In this document: positions 48,165 to 57,309 of the stretch, one piece after another
Numbering within the stretch: the first letter of the stretch is position 1
How the letters are laid out: each line of letters begins with the position of its first letter
NCBI GenBank assembly: GCA_001004905.1
Contig: LCRY01000002.1
Span: 1,559-65,558, forward strand
Direction: 5' to 3'
Origin: Parcubacteria group bacterium GW2011_GWA1_56_13
Lineage (GTDB): Bacteria; Patescibacteriota; Minisyncoccia; Phycocordibacterales; Phycocordibacteraceae
DNA: 64,000 nucleotides
Notes under the pieces: generated by a model
The model's input: the letters and a program-made list of their open reading frames with translations, nothing else
The model's database searches: none
Told to the model about the DNA's origin: nothing
Translations under genes and position numbers: made by a program

Positions 48165-49390
48165 ATGGTAAGAAACATATATTAATGATTGGCGGAGGCC
48201 TCCAGGAGGTCGAGGCAGTTCGACAGCTTAAGGCCGCTGGATGGACTGTCGGCGTCTCGGATCGGGATTCTGATTGCCCGTGCGCAAACATTGCTGATTA
48301 TGTATTAGAGGCAGACGGTCGCGATCCAGAACGAATATTGCAAGAATTGTTGATTAGAACACCTGACAATCTCCCACGGGTAGTATTTACACTGACAGAA
48401 CTGACCACAACGGTGGCGATATTATTACACGCACTAAAACTGCCAGCTCCATCGATCCTATCGGTAGTGGTGAGTCAATCGAAAGCATTATCGAAAGATT
48501 GTTGGCTACGTAAGGGAGTACGGACGCCGAACGGGGTTGTTGTTTCTGATGCCCAGGGATTGGCATCTATCCCCACACGAAGCGCACCGCCCTATGTTAT
48601 AAAACCAGATGTTTCTTCTGGCGGTAGAGGGGTTGTTTTAGTAAAGTCTGCAGACAAATTATCCGAAGCCGTACGTAATGCTATTGACTGTTCAGCAAAT
48701 AGCCGATGTGTAGTTGAAGAATACATACACGGGACTATTCACGATGGTAATGCATATTTTTCCAATGGCATATTTGTTCCTCTAAGTATTTCTGATCGGT
48801 TCACCGGTGATTCAATTGCGGTCGAATCTGGTGCAATTTGCCCCTCATGTTTGCCACCGAACAAGCAAAAAGATTTTTTCTTTCTTTTTGAAGAATCTTG
48901 TCGGGCATTGGGAATTGAACAGGGTCCCGTTAAAATTGACGCGTTATACGATGGAAAAAATTTTTACGTATTAGAGGTCGCAGCACGTTTGCACGGTCCA
49001 CGCGGTAGTTTGTATTTGATCCCCGCCAGTTTTGGTATATCACTATGTGTACCGGTATTTGATGCGATTCAGAGCAATAGCATGGATATAGAATGGGATG
49101 CGACACGCGTAAAGCAGTTTTGTGTATACGAGGATATCCGAATTGCCGAGCGAGGTGTAATAATAAGTATTGAAGGTATTGAGATTGCTAAACATGAAGA
49201 GGGTATTGTAGATATTCAACTATTAAAAAATATAGGCGATGAGATACGCACACCACACGATTCAAACGAAGTTACTGGGTTTATTTTTGCCGTTGGAAGT
49301 AACGAAATAGAATGTAGAAAACGGATAAAGACCGCTCATGATGTGTTGCACATACGTCTCGTGAATAGGCCGCATACTGAGCTTAATTAA
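48161..49390 (+). CDS. ATP-grasp-fold ligase
   Basis: HILMIGGGLQEVEAV. YVIKPDVSSGGRGVVLVKS. Low-GC island. Confidence 0.6.
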   Translation: MNGKKHILMIGGGLQEVEAVRQLKAAGWTVGVSDRDSDCPCANIADYVLEADGRDPERILQELLIRTPDNLPRVVFTLTELTTTVAILLHALKLPAPSILSVVVSQSKALSKDCWLRKGVRTPNGVVVSDAQGLASIPTRSAPPYVIKPDVSSGGRGVVLVKSADKLSEAVRNAIDCSANSRCVVEEYIHGTIHDGNAYFSNGIFVPLSISDRFTGDSIAVESGAICPSCLPPNKQKDFFFLFEESCRALGIEQGPVKIDALYDGKNFYVLEVAARLHGPRGSLYLIPASFGISLCVPVFDAIQSNSMDIEWDATRVKQFCVYEDIRIAERGVIISIEGIEIAKHEEGIVDIQLLKNIGDEIRTPHDSNEVTGFIFAVGSNEIECRKRIKTAHDVLHIRLVNRPHTELN

Positions 49391-49400
49391 ACATAAATCC

Positions 49401-50567
49401 ATGAAACGTATCGCAATTGTACAAATCGCCCCTTCCGATGTTAAGGGAAGATTAAGGGACTACAATGTAATTCGTCCACTGCAGGAAAGCGGTTTATTTG
49501 ACCATATCGTGTTGGCATATCCTGACCTTCCTGGGGCGGAAATTATCGATGATTTGGCCAAGGAATGGGGAATCGAGTCATTTCGAGGCGATGTAATGAA
49601 TGTGACCCGACGCATTTTGAACTGTGCAAAAAAATACGATGCGCATACTGTGGTGCGAGTGTTGTCGTGGTATTTTTTTATTGATATTGATCTTGTCAAA
49701 CGAATGGTTCGATTTCTCGAAGAAAGCGATTCTGACTACGTGCCTCTCCCTCGTGATTTTGACATCCGGTTTGGCGCTGATGTTACACAAACTCGATTTT
49801 ACGAAAAAATGGATTCTTATTTTAATAAGGACTCGACTCTATTAAAACTATATGCATTTAATCCGTGGGGATTCTGCGAGCTGCACCAGGAATTATTCAA
49901 AGTCAAGGAATTCAAAGATGTTCCAACATATACCGCAAATTATTTTAAACAATTGAGACAGACTATGGATCTAGTCTGGCCAGAACAATGGGATTCACAA
50001 GACACGCCCATAGATCCATACAGAATGGTAATAAAATATAAAAAAGGAAGCGGGAAGCATGCGTTAGATCTTGCTTGCGGTTATGGAATGGGGAGTAATC
50101 TATTGCACGAGAATGGTTTTTGCGTATTGGGTGTAGATATAGATCCTGCTGTTATTACTACGTGCAAAAAGAGATATGAAGAAAACAGCAAGCTTTCATT
50201 TTTATGTGAAGATTATCGCAATCTCTCTTTTCAGAAGGAATTTGACATCGTAACTTCAATCCATACTATGGAGCATGTTCCCGATGATTCCGATTTTCTC
50301 AGTCATTGTCATTTATGGTTGAGAAAAGGCGGCACGCTATTTTTAGAAGTACCTCTTCTGATGAAGAGACCATTTTATGGAATTGGCGAGCCAATTAACC
50401 CAAAGCACGTGAAGGAATACGATCTGAAGGCTTTAAAGACTCTAGTGTCAAAGTATTTCCATATTATCAAAGTATTCGGAGTTACTCGCGGGTATTATGT
50501 TGAGGAGTGCAAAGCGAGAAACGCGGCATTAATTATAGCCACAAAGACAAGAACGGACGGACTGTGA
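49401..50567 (+). CDS. Fusion protein: N-terminal cytidylyltransferase-like domain + C-terminal class I SAM methyltransferase
   Basis: N-terminus MKRIAIVQIAP..VIRPL resembles SpsF-type cytidylyltransferases. C-terminus LDLACGYGMGSNLL...FDIVTSIHTMEHVPDD is a methyltransferase. Low-GC island. Confidence 0.5.
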   Translation: MKRIAIVQIAPSDVKGRLRDYNVIRPLQESGLFDHIVLAYPDLPGAEIIDDLAKEWGIESFRGDVMNVTRRILNCAKKYDAHTVVRVLSWYFFIDIDLVKRMVRFLEESDSDYVPLPRDFDIRFGADVTQTRFYEKMDSYFNKDSTLLKLYAFNPWGFCELHQELFKVKEFKDVPTYTANYFKQLRQTMDLVWPEQWDSQDTPIDPYRMVIKYKKGSGKHALDLACGYGMGSNLLHENGFCVLGVDIDPAVITTCKKRYEENSKLSFLCEDYRNLSFQKEFDIVTSIHTMEHVPDDSDFLSHCHLWLRKGGTLFLEVPLLMKRPFYGIGEPINPKHVKEYDLKALKTLVSKYFHIIKVFGVTRGYYVEECKARNAALIIATKTRTDGL

Positions 50568-50579
50568 TATAACAAACCT

Positions 50580-51386
50580 ATGACTGATCTTGCCCGTAAA
50601 GCCCAAGAGATACGAAGTCATGCGCTGTGCATGATTCATGCAGCGCGTTCTGGACATCCGGGAGGTTCACTTTCTGTCGCGGATATGCTCGCTGTACTCT
50701 ATTTCGATGAACTCAATCTGCGTCCACGATCTCCGCGCTGGAACAACCGGGATAGATTTATTCTTTCCAAGGGGCATTCGTGTCCGGCGCTCTATGCCGC
50801 GCTTGCGATGCGCGGCTATTTCCCGAAGAAGGAGCTCCTCGGCCTGCGCAAAATCGACCATTTCCTCGAAGGGCATCCCGATGTAAAGATTCCCGGCGTT
50901 GATGCGCCCTCCGGCTCGTTAGGCATGGGGCTTTCGCAGGGCCTCGGCATGGCGCTCGGCGGACGGTATCTAAAAAAGAAATTCCGCACGTATGTCCTCC
51001 TCGGCGATGGCGATATGCAAGAGGGAAACACCTGGGAAGCGTTCATGGCCGCGGGATTCCATAAGGTCGATACACTCGTCGCTTTACTGGATGCAAATGG
51101 CATTCAGGGTGACGCACGCGTTGAAACTCAGATGGACTACGAGCCAGTTCTAGAGAAAGTGCGTGCGTTCCGTTGGCATGTTGAGGAGATTGATGGTCAC
51201 GACGTACGGCAGATACGGCGCGCGCTCAAGAATGCACGTGCCCAAAAAGGGAAGCCCTCGTTCATCCTCGCGCGTACAGTGAAAGGCAAGGGAGTGTCTT
51301 TTATAGAAGACCAACTCGCTTGGCATGGGAGTGTGACGATGAAGGACGAAGAACTCGCGCAGTCGCTTGCAGAATTACGCGTATGA
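50580..51386 (+). CDS. Transketolase, N-terminal (ThDP-binding) subunit
   Basis: HPGGSLSVADMLAVLYF. SKGHSCPALYAALA. GDGDMQEGNTWEA. Confidence 0.9.
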   Translation: MTDLARKAQEIRSHALCMIHAARSGHPGGSLSVADMLAVLYFDELNLRPRSPRWNNRDRFILSKGHSCPALYAALAMRGYFPKKELLGLRKIDHFLEGHPDVKIPGVDAPSGSLGMGLSQGLGMALGGRYLKKKFRTYVLLGDGDMQEGNTWEAFMAAGFHKVDTLVALLDANGIQGDARVETQMDYEPVLEKVRAFRWHVEEIDGHDVRQIRRALKNARAQKGKPSFILARTVKGKGVSFIEDQLAWHGSVTMKDEELAQSLAELRV

Positions 51387-52357
51387 AAAAAACCAAACTC
51401 CAATTCTGGAAGAAGGGTGAGAATGTTTCGTTACGCGAAGCTTTCGGGCGTATATTGGTACATCTCGGTAAAATGCGCGATGATTTCGTGCTCTTTGATG
51501 CGGACATCGCCGGCGGTACGGGAGCGAAGCCGTTCGTGACGGCGTTCCCCAAGCGAGTGATGCAATTTGGCATTGCAGAGCAGAATATGATGGCGGCCGC
51601 AGGCGGTTGTGCGGACATTGGCATCATCCCGGTCGTGAGCACCTTTGCCGCGTTCGGCGCAATGCGCGCGCACGAACAATTCCGCACCGCTATTGCGTAT
51701 CCGAACCGCAACGTGAAGCTCTGTTGCTCGCATCTGGGCGTTGATACGGGACCTGACGGCGCGACCGCGCAAATGCTCGAGGACCTTGCGGTGATGCGCT
51801 CGATTCCGGGCGTTACCGTCGTCGTGCCGGCCGATGCCAATGAGCTTATGCTCGCTTTCGACGCTGTGCTCAACCATACCGGCCCAGTATATATGCGCAT
51901 CGGACGCAGTCCCACTCCGGTTATTTCTGATGCGAAGCAGCCGTTTGTCATCGGTAAGGCGACGCGCATGTGTGAGGGCACTGATGCTACTATCGTCGCA
52001 TGTGGCGTTATGGTGGCACGTGCGTTTGTCGCGGCCGACGTGCTCAAAAAACAGGGCATTCATGTCCGTGTCGTGAATCTCTCGACCGTCAAACCGCTCG
52101 ACGAGCGGGAGCTCCGCGCGGCGGCGCGAGAGACGGGAGCAATTCTTACTGCCGAAGACCATAATGTTCGCGGCGGCATGGGAAGCGCGGTTGCCGAGTT
52201 TTTCGCCGAGCATCACCCGGTGCCGATGAAACTGCTCGGCGTTCAGGACCGCTTCGGCAAGTCGGGCGAGGCGGCGGAACTTGCGGAGAAATACGGACTG
52301 ACCGCGCGGCACATCATACAAGAGATTAAAAAACTTATCCGCCGGAAGCATTCCTAA
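51383..52357 (+). CDS. Transketolase, C-terminal (pyrimidine-binding) subunit
   Basis: Start ATG 51383, ATGA overlap. MQFGIAEQNMMAAAGG. 324 aa. Confidence 0.9.
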   Translation: MKKTKLQFWKKGENVSLREAFGRILVHLGKMRDDFVLFDADIAGGTGAKPFVTAFPKRVMQFGIAEQNMMAAAGGCADIGIIPVVSTFAAFGAMRAHEQFRTAIAYPNRNVKLCCSHLGVDTGPDGATAQMLEDLAVMRSIPGVTVVVPADANELMLAFDAVLNHTGPVYMRIGRSPTPVISDAKQPFVIGKATRMCEGTDATIVACGVMVARAFVAADVLKKQGIHVRVVNLSTVKPLDERELRAAARETGAILTAEDHNVRGGMGSAVAEFFAEHHPVPMKLLGVQDRFGKSGEAAELAEKYGLTARHIIQEIKKLIRRKHS

Positions 52358-52361
52358 ATAT

Positions 52362-53105
52362 ATGCATACTCAAAAATCACGGGTTGTCTTCGTTACTGGC
52401 GCGAGCCGCGGCATCGGGCAGAAGGTCGCCAAGATGCTCCTTGTGGCGGGGTATCGCGTCGCCTGCGGATATCGTACTCATAAAGACGGTGCACTTGCAC
52501 TTGCGCGCACATACCCCGAGGCATTCCCGGTACGCTCGGATGTAAAGAGCCGCGCATCAATAAAGAAAGCGCTTACTGCGACAAAACGCCGCTTTGGGAA
52601 GAGTCCTGATATCCTCGTCAACAACGCCGGCATTGCCGATGAACGTCCGCTCGAGTCCATCACGGACGCGCAATGGGACCATCTGCTCGCAGTAAATTTG
52701 CGCGGTCCGTTCATTGTCGTGCAGGAGGCATTGCCCGCCATGCGCGCGCAGAAGTGGGGAAGGATAGTGAACATCGTTTCCATAGGAGGGCAGTGGGGCG
52801 GTATGCGACAGGTGCATTACGCCGCGGCAAAGGCGGGGCTCATCAATTTCACCCGCTCCCTGGCGAAGTTGTACTCGCGCGAAGGTATCACCAGCAATGC
52901 GGTTTCTCCCGGGCTGGTAGAAACGGATATGAGTAAAAAGGAAATGCGCTCAAAGGCGGGGAAACAAAAAGCCGCACAGATTCCGATCGGCCGACTTACC
53001 AAACCGGAAGAAATTGCCGCAGCGGTTATGTTTCTCATATCAGACGACGCCGCCTCCATTACCGGCCAGACGCTGAATGTGAACGGCGGAATGCTGTTCT
53101 CCTAG
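52362..53105 (+). CDS. SDR-family oxidoreductase (FabG-like)
   Basis: VFVTGASRGIGQKVAKML. YAAAKAGL. Confidence 0.85.
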   Translation: MHTQKSRVVFVTGASRGIGQKVAKMLLVAGYRVACGYRTHKDGALALARTYPEAFPVRSDVKSRASIKKALTATKRRFGKSPDILVNNAGIADERPLESITDAQWDHLLAVNLRGPFIVVQEALPAMRAQKWGRIVNIVSIGGQWGGMRQVHYAAAKAGLINFTRSLAKLYSREGITSNAVSPGLVETDMSKKEMRSKAGKQKAAQIPIGRLTKPEEIAAAVMFLISDDAASITGQTLNVNGGMLFS

Positions 53106-53110
53106 CATAT

Positions 53111-54319
53111 ATGAAGACCATTCTTATCCTCGGGGCCGGCAAGGAGCAGGTAAATGCCATCGCCCGCGCAAAGGAAAAGGGTATACGCACCGTTGTTCTT
53201 GACATGAACAAAGAGGCGGAAGGGGCTTTGTACGCGGATGAGTTTTACGCTATCAGCACGCGGGACATCCCCGCGATACTCGCGTTTCTTAAAACGTACA
53301 ACAAAAAGATAGACGGTGTCATGACCATAGCGAGCGATATTCCGCATTGTGTGTCGGCTGCCGCGGAGTTCTTGGGCGTACCGCATATTTCGCTTTCTGT
53401 TGCGCAGGTATGCGTGCAGAAGTTTCGTATGAAAGAAACGCTTCAGGAGGGGGGCGTCCGCGTACCCGCGTTTGCTCCGGTCGATTCAGTCGAATCGCTC
53501 ATGGCCTTCATCAAGACGGTAGGGTATCCGGTCGTCATAAAGCCGGTGGACAATTCGGGCGCCCGGGGGGTTTTGCGGCTTAGTGAAGATATAGATGTGC
53601 CGTGGGCGTTCGAATACGCAAAAAAATATTCTTTTTCCGGCAACCTTATTGTGGAACAGTATATCGAAGGGCAGCAGATAAGCACCGAGGGCATCATGCA
53701 CGAAGGCATCTTTTATTGCACCGGCTTCTCCGACCGCAATTATGAGCGGATCGAAAAAACAGCGCCCTATCTCGTGGAAGACGGCGGAGATATCCCGTCT
53801 GCGTTAGATCCAGGCGAACAAGCGCTCGTCAAGGCAGAATTTGAGAAAGCGGTACGGGCGCTTGGTATAGACTGGGGCCCCGCTAAAGGAGACATGGTAC
53901 TCGGTAGGGACGGGAAAGCGTATGTGATAGAGGTGGCGGCAAGGCTTAGCGGCGGCAATTTTTGCTACGACAAGGTGCCGTGGTCGACCGGCGTTGACAT
54001 CGTCGACATACTTATTGACATGGCGGTCGGAAATTCCGTCGATGCAAAACGTTTTGTGCCGACCAAGGATATGGCGACTTCGCAGCGGTATTTTTTTCCT
54101 TTGCCCGGCACGATTAAAGAGATACGGGGGTTAGAGAAGGCCGAGCGCATGCCTCACGTCAAAAAAGTAGACCCGTGGGTGCAGGCGGGGGATGAAATCT
54201 CCGCCATCGTGAACCATCCATCTCGAGTCGGGTATGTCATTACCTGCGCGCCAACGCTCGCGGAGGCGGTGCAAGCGGCCGAAAGAGCAGTGCAATCCGT
54301 GGAATTTATCATGGAGTAG
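53111..54319 (+). CDS. ATP-grasp-fold ligase
   Basis: ILILGAGKEQVNAIARAKEKGIRTVVLD. VVIKPVDNSGARGVLRL. Confidence 0.65.
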   Translation: MKTILILGAGKEQVNAIARAKEKGIRTVVLDMNKEAEGALYADEFYAISTRDIPAILAFLKTYNKKIDGVMTIASDIPHCVSAAAEFLGVPHISLSVAQVCVQKFRMKETLQEGGVRVPAFAPVDSVESLMAFIKTVGYPVVIKPVDNSGARGVLRLSEDIDVPWAFEYAKKYSFSGNLIVEQYIEGQQISTEGIMHEGIFYCTGFSDRNYERIEKTAPYLVEDGGDIPSALDPGEQALVKAEFEKAVRALGIDWGPAKGDMVLGRDGKAYVIEVAARLSGGNFCYDKVPWSTGVDIVDILIDMAVGNSVDAKRFVPTKDMATSQRYFFPLPGTIKEIRGLEKAERMPHVKKVDPWVQAGDEISAIVNHPSRVGYVITCAPTLAEAVQAAERAVQSVEFIME

Positions 54320-54325
54320 AAATAT

Positions 54326-55102
54326 ATGCATAAGAAACTTGGCGTCGCAACGCGCTTTTACGGGCTCACCGAGGGGGATGTACAGCGCCTCGCGGCGTGG
54401 GTGGATGCGGCTCGTGCGGTTGTTCCCGCATCAAGCATATTTGTGGCCATTAACAGTGAAGCCGACCGTTCAGGGAGTCAGGATTTCATGCGCGAACACT
54501 ATCCGGACGTTGTGACGTTTCCGGTCACACCGTGGGGAAGGGTGGTGCAGGCGCCAAATGCTCTTCTTCTGAAGTGTGCGGAACGGCAAGTGAGCCACCT
54601 GCTGTTCGCGAGCACCGAATACCCGGTGACCCAGTCGCTCCTGTCACTGCTCCAGTCCCACTCCGATGATCAAACGCTCGTGGTCGGCGCACGTCTCGCG
54701 GGCCATGATTTTAAGACGCCGCCGGGCGGGCGTGTGCTCGTATCAGGCGCAAGCGGCCTCCAGATTCCCTGGAACACGTGCGCTTTGTGGTCAACTGGGC
54801 ACCTCATCCACACCGGCTTCGTGTTAACCGCTGACGCGGTGCATGATCCCGATAATGCGGGAATGGAAGAGATGGGGACCATCGCCGCGCAGCAGATATT
54901 ATGGCCGGGCAGGGCGGCGGCCAAGCTCGTCGCTCCGCGCGCGGGCGACTTAGTCCCGAATACCCACGGGTGGACTATCCAGCGCCGTGAACGGCATGCG
55001 CGCATTCTGGAGTCAAAAAACTCCCGTTCCGTGACGCAACTGGAGCGTCTCTCGTTATCTGCTCCCGAGGTCTGCCATATCGACGATGCCTTAACTAGTT
55101 AG
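54326..55102 (+). CDS. Hypothetical protein
   Basis: 258 aa. Codon usage consistent with neighbours. No recognisable motif. Confidence 0.3.
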   Translation: MHKKLGVATRFYGLTEGDVQRLAAWVDAARAVVPASSIFVAINSEADRSGSQDFMREHYPDVVTFPVTPWGRVVQAPNALLLKCAERQVSHLLFASTEYPVTQSLLSLLQSHSDDQTLVVGARLAGHDFKTPPGGRVLVSGASGLQIPWNTCALWSTGHLIHTGFVLTADAVHDPDNAGMEEMGTIAAQQILWPGRAAAKLVAPRAGDLVPNTHGWTIQRRERHARILESKNSRSVTQLERLSLSAPEVCHIDDALTS

Positions 55103-55187
55103 CGCAATGGCGTAGGAAAATTCAAATGATATGGTATTATTTTTCCGGAACGCGCCATAACCGGCACTACCCTTACAGGAGGGCATC

Positions 55188-55397
55188 GTGGAAGATAGGC
55201 GTAAGATCGAAATCCTGCGATTGATTGACCAATACAATCGCGACGACAGCGCGGGTGTTCCCGTATCTCCATTCATCGCGCGGTACGAGGGGACGCTTGC
55301 CAGCGTGAGTGAGAAAGTCGGGGTTCACGTCGAGGAGCTGGACGAGTTCCTGACCATCATGGATAGCGAGTTGCCGAACGATTATCTCACGGGGTAA
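55188..55397 (+). CDS. Hypothetical small protein (69 aa)
   Basis: GTG start preceded by a perfect Shine-Dalgarno AGGAGG at -12..-7 and followed by a terminator hairpin. Acidic, no TM. Confidence 0.35.
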   Translation: MEDRRKIEILRLIDQYNRDDSAGVPVSPFIARYEGTLASVSEKVGVHVEELDEFLTIMDSELPNDYLTG

Positions 55398-55426
55398 AAC
55401 CCGGCAGACATACTGCGGGCACAACC

Positions 55427-55457
55427 GGCTCCTCTCGCGAGGAGCCAAGTTTCTTTT
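55427..55457 (+). terminator. Rho-independent terminator
   Basis: GGCTCCTC-tcgc-GAGGAGCC perfect 8-bp GC-rich stem followed by aagtttcttttg. Confidence 0.45.
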
Positions 55458-55491
55458 GCCCGTCCACGCGGGTTATAGTTATGACGACGAT

Positions 55492-57258
55492 ATGAAAGGC
55501 ACGATACAGGCGCTCCGACAGGCGTTCGGCAGGTACCGCTGGCACATTGGAGCGCTGGTGGTGTTCGGTATACTGAGCCCCCTCCTTGAAGGAATCGGCA
55601 TCAATGCGGTCATTCCGCTCATGTCATTTTTCATGGGCGGCGGCGACGGCGCGACGGATTTCATCACGAATGCGATACGGGGCACGTTCGGTTTCTTCGG
55701 GATACCGTTCAGCTTCCGGTATCTGCTCGCCTTCATCCTCTGCTTGTTCATAGTGCGAGCGATTTCCGTCGTTGTGTTCGGCTATCTTCGCGGCTGGATA
55801 GGCGCGGACTTTCTCGGGAAAGAAAGCGAGGAAGTACTGCGCCGGGCGCTGTTTGCCTCATGGCCGTTCTCGCTGAAGCAGAAGATAGGAACGATGCATA
55901 ACACGCTCGTGCGCGACGTCCAGCAAACGGGAGTTCTCCTGGGCGCGATGGTTCAGGTCATACAATCCTTCAGCGGCTTTCTCATGTACCTCCTCGTGGC
56001 GGTCAATATCTCGCCGGTAATGACATTCTATGCGATAGGTGGCGGAGCCGTTCTGCTGTTCCTTTTGCGGCCGCTCCTTCGCCGTACGGAGCGCATCGGG
56101 CAGCAAACCGCGAGAGTCGAGAAGCAGTTTGCGCAATTCCTGAGCGAGCACATCATCGGAATGAAATCGATCAAAGCCGCGGGAATGGAGCGCGCCGCCA
56201 TCAAAAATGGTACGGCGCACATCCGCCTCTTGCGTCATCTCTCGATACGCCAATCACTCGTCGGCTCGGTGAGCTCAAGTTTTTTCCAGCCGTTCTCCAT
56301 TGTCCTCGTGGTGCTACTGTTCCTCTTGACGTACCACACGCCGACATTCAGCATCATTTCCTTCGCCGCTTCCCTCTATCTGATACAGAAAATATTCGCC
56401 TACCTTGAGTCCGGACAGAACGCCATGCAATCCGTAAGCGGGCTGCTGCCGTATGCCAAGAACATCGCGGAATTCAAACACAATCTGGACCAGCATCGCG
56501 AATCATTCGAAGGAACAAAGCCATTCGTGCTTAACAAGGAACTCGCTTTCCAGAGAGTTTCATTCGCGTATGGCGAGGACAAGCCGATCCTGAGCGGCCT
56601 TACGTTTTCCATACGCGCAGGGGAGACCGTCGGGCTCATCGGGCCTTCGGGCGCCGGAAAGACGTCGGTCGCCGACCTGCTGCTACGGCTCTTCAAGCCG
56701 ACCGAGGGCTCGCTCACGCTCGATGGCGTGCCGAGCGAATCAATATCCCTCGAAGCGTGGCGCAAGAATATCGGTTACGTATCGCAGGACGTATTCCTAT
56801 TGAACGCCACCATCGAAGAAAATATCCGATTTTACAACCAGGACTTGACCATAAAAGACATCGAGAGCGCCGCGAAGCAGGCGAATATATATGACTTTAT
56901 CAAAGAGCTGCCCGAAGGATTCGGCACGAGGACCGGAGACCGCGGCGTCATGCTTTCAGGCGGCCAGCGCCAGCGCGTGGCGCTCGCCCGCGCGCTCGCC
57001 GGCCGTCCCAAGCTTCTCATATTGGATGAAGCGACAAGCGCGCTCGACTCGGCTTCGGAGAAACTCATACAAGAAGCCATCGGCGCCTTGCACGGCAGCG
57101 TAACCGTGTTCATTATCGCGCACCGGCTAAGCACCATCGAACGCTCGGACCGCCTGTTGGTGCTTGAGCAAGGAAAGATCACGGAAGAAGGCGCCCCGCA
57201 GGAGCTTCTCGGGCGCCCGGATTCCTATTTTTACAAATACCACGACCGCCGCGGATGA
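55492..57258 (+). CDS. ABC exporter, fused permease/ATPase (MsbA/PglK-like)
   Basis: Start ATG 55492 (MKGTIQALRQ); the track start 55456 is a TTG. Six TM. Walker A GPSGAGKTSVADLL. ABC signature LSGGQRQRVALARALAGRPKLLILDEATSALD. Confidence 0.9.
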   Translation: MKGTIQALRQAFGRYRWHIGALVVFGILSPLLEGIGINAVIPLMSFFMGGGDGATDFITNAIRGTFGFFGIPFSFRYLLAFILCLFIVRAISVVVFGYLRGWIGADFLGKESEEVLRRALFASWPFSLKQKIGTMHNTLVRDVQQTGVLLGAMVQVIQSFSGFLMYLLVAVNISPVMTFYAIGGGAVLLFLLRPLLRRTERIGQQTARVEKQFAQFLSEHIIGMKSIKAAGMERAAIKNGTAHIRLLRHLSIRQSLVGSVSSSFFQPFSIVLVVLLFLLTYHTPTFSIISFAASLYLIQKIFAYLESGQNAMQSVSGLLPYAKNIAEFKHNLDQHRESFEGTKPFVLNKELAFQRVSFAYGEDKPILSGLTFSIRAGETVGLIGPSGAGKTSVADLLLRLFKPTEGSLTLDGVPSESISLEAWRKNIGYVSQDVFLLNATIEENIRFYNQDLTIKDIESAAKQANIYDFIKELPEGFGTRTGDRGVMLSGGQRQRVALARALAGRPKLLILDEATSALDSASEKLIQEAIGALHGSVTVFIIAHRLSTIERSDRLLVLEQGKITEEGAPQELLGRPDSYFYKYHDRRG

Positions 57259-57290
57259 GGCAGGGCATGCGCAAAAACCGGACGTGGCTG

Positions 57291-57299
57291 TGGTATCAT
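57291..57299 (+). promoter_or_regulatory. Extended -10 element
   Basis: TGgTATCAT, 10 nt upstream of ATG 57310. Confidence 0.25.
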
Positions 57300-57309
57300 T
57301 TCGTCCATC

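Noticed and set aside
51301-52351. 252-aa and 306-aa minus ORFs
   Set aside because: Antisense to the transketolase C-terminal subunit.
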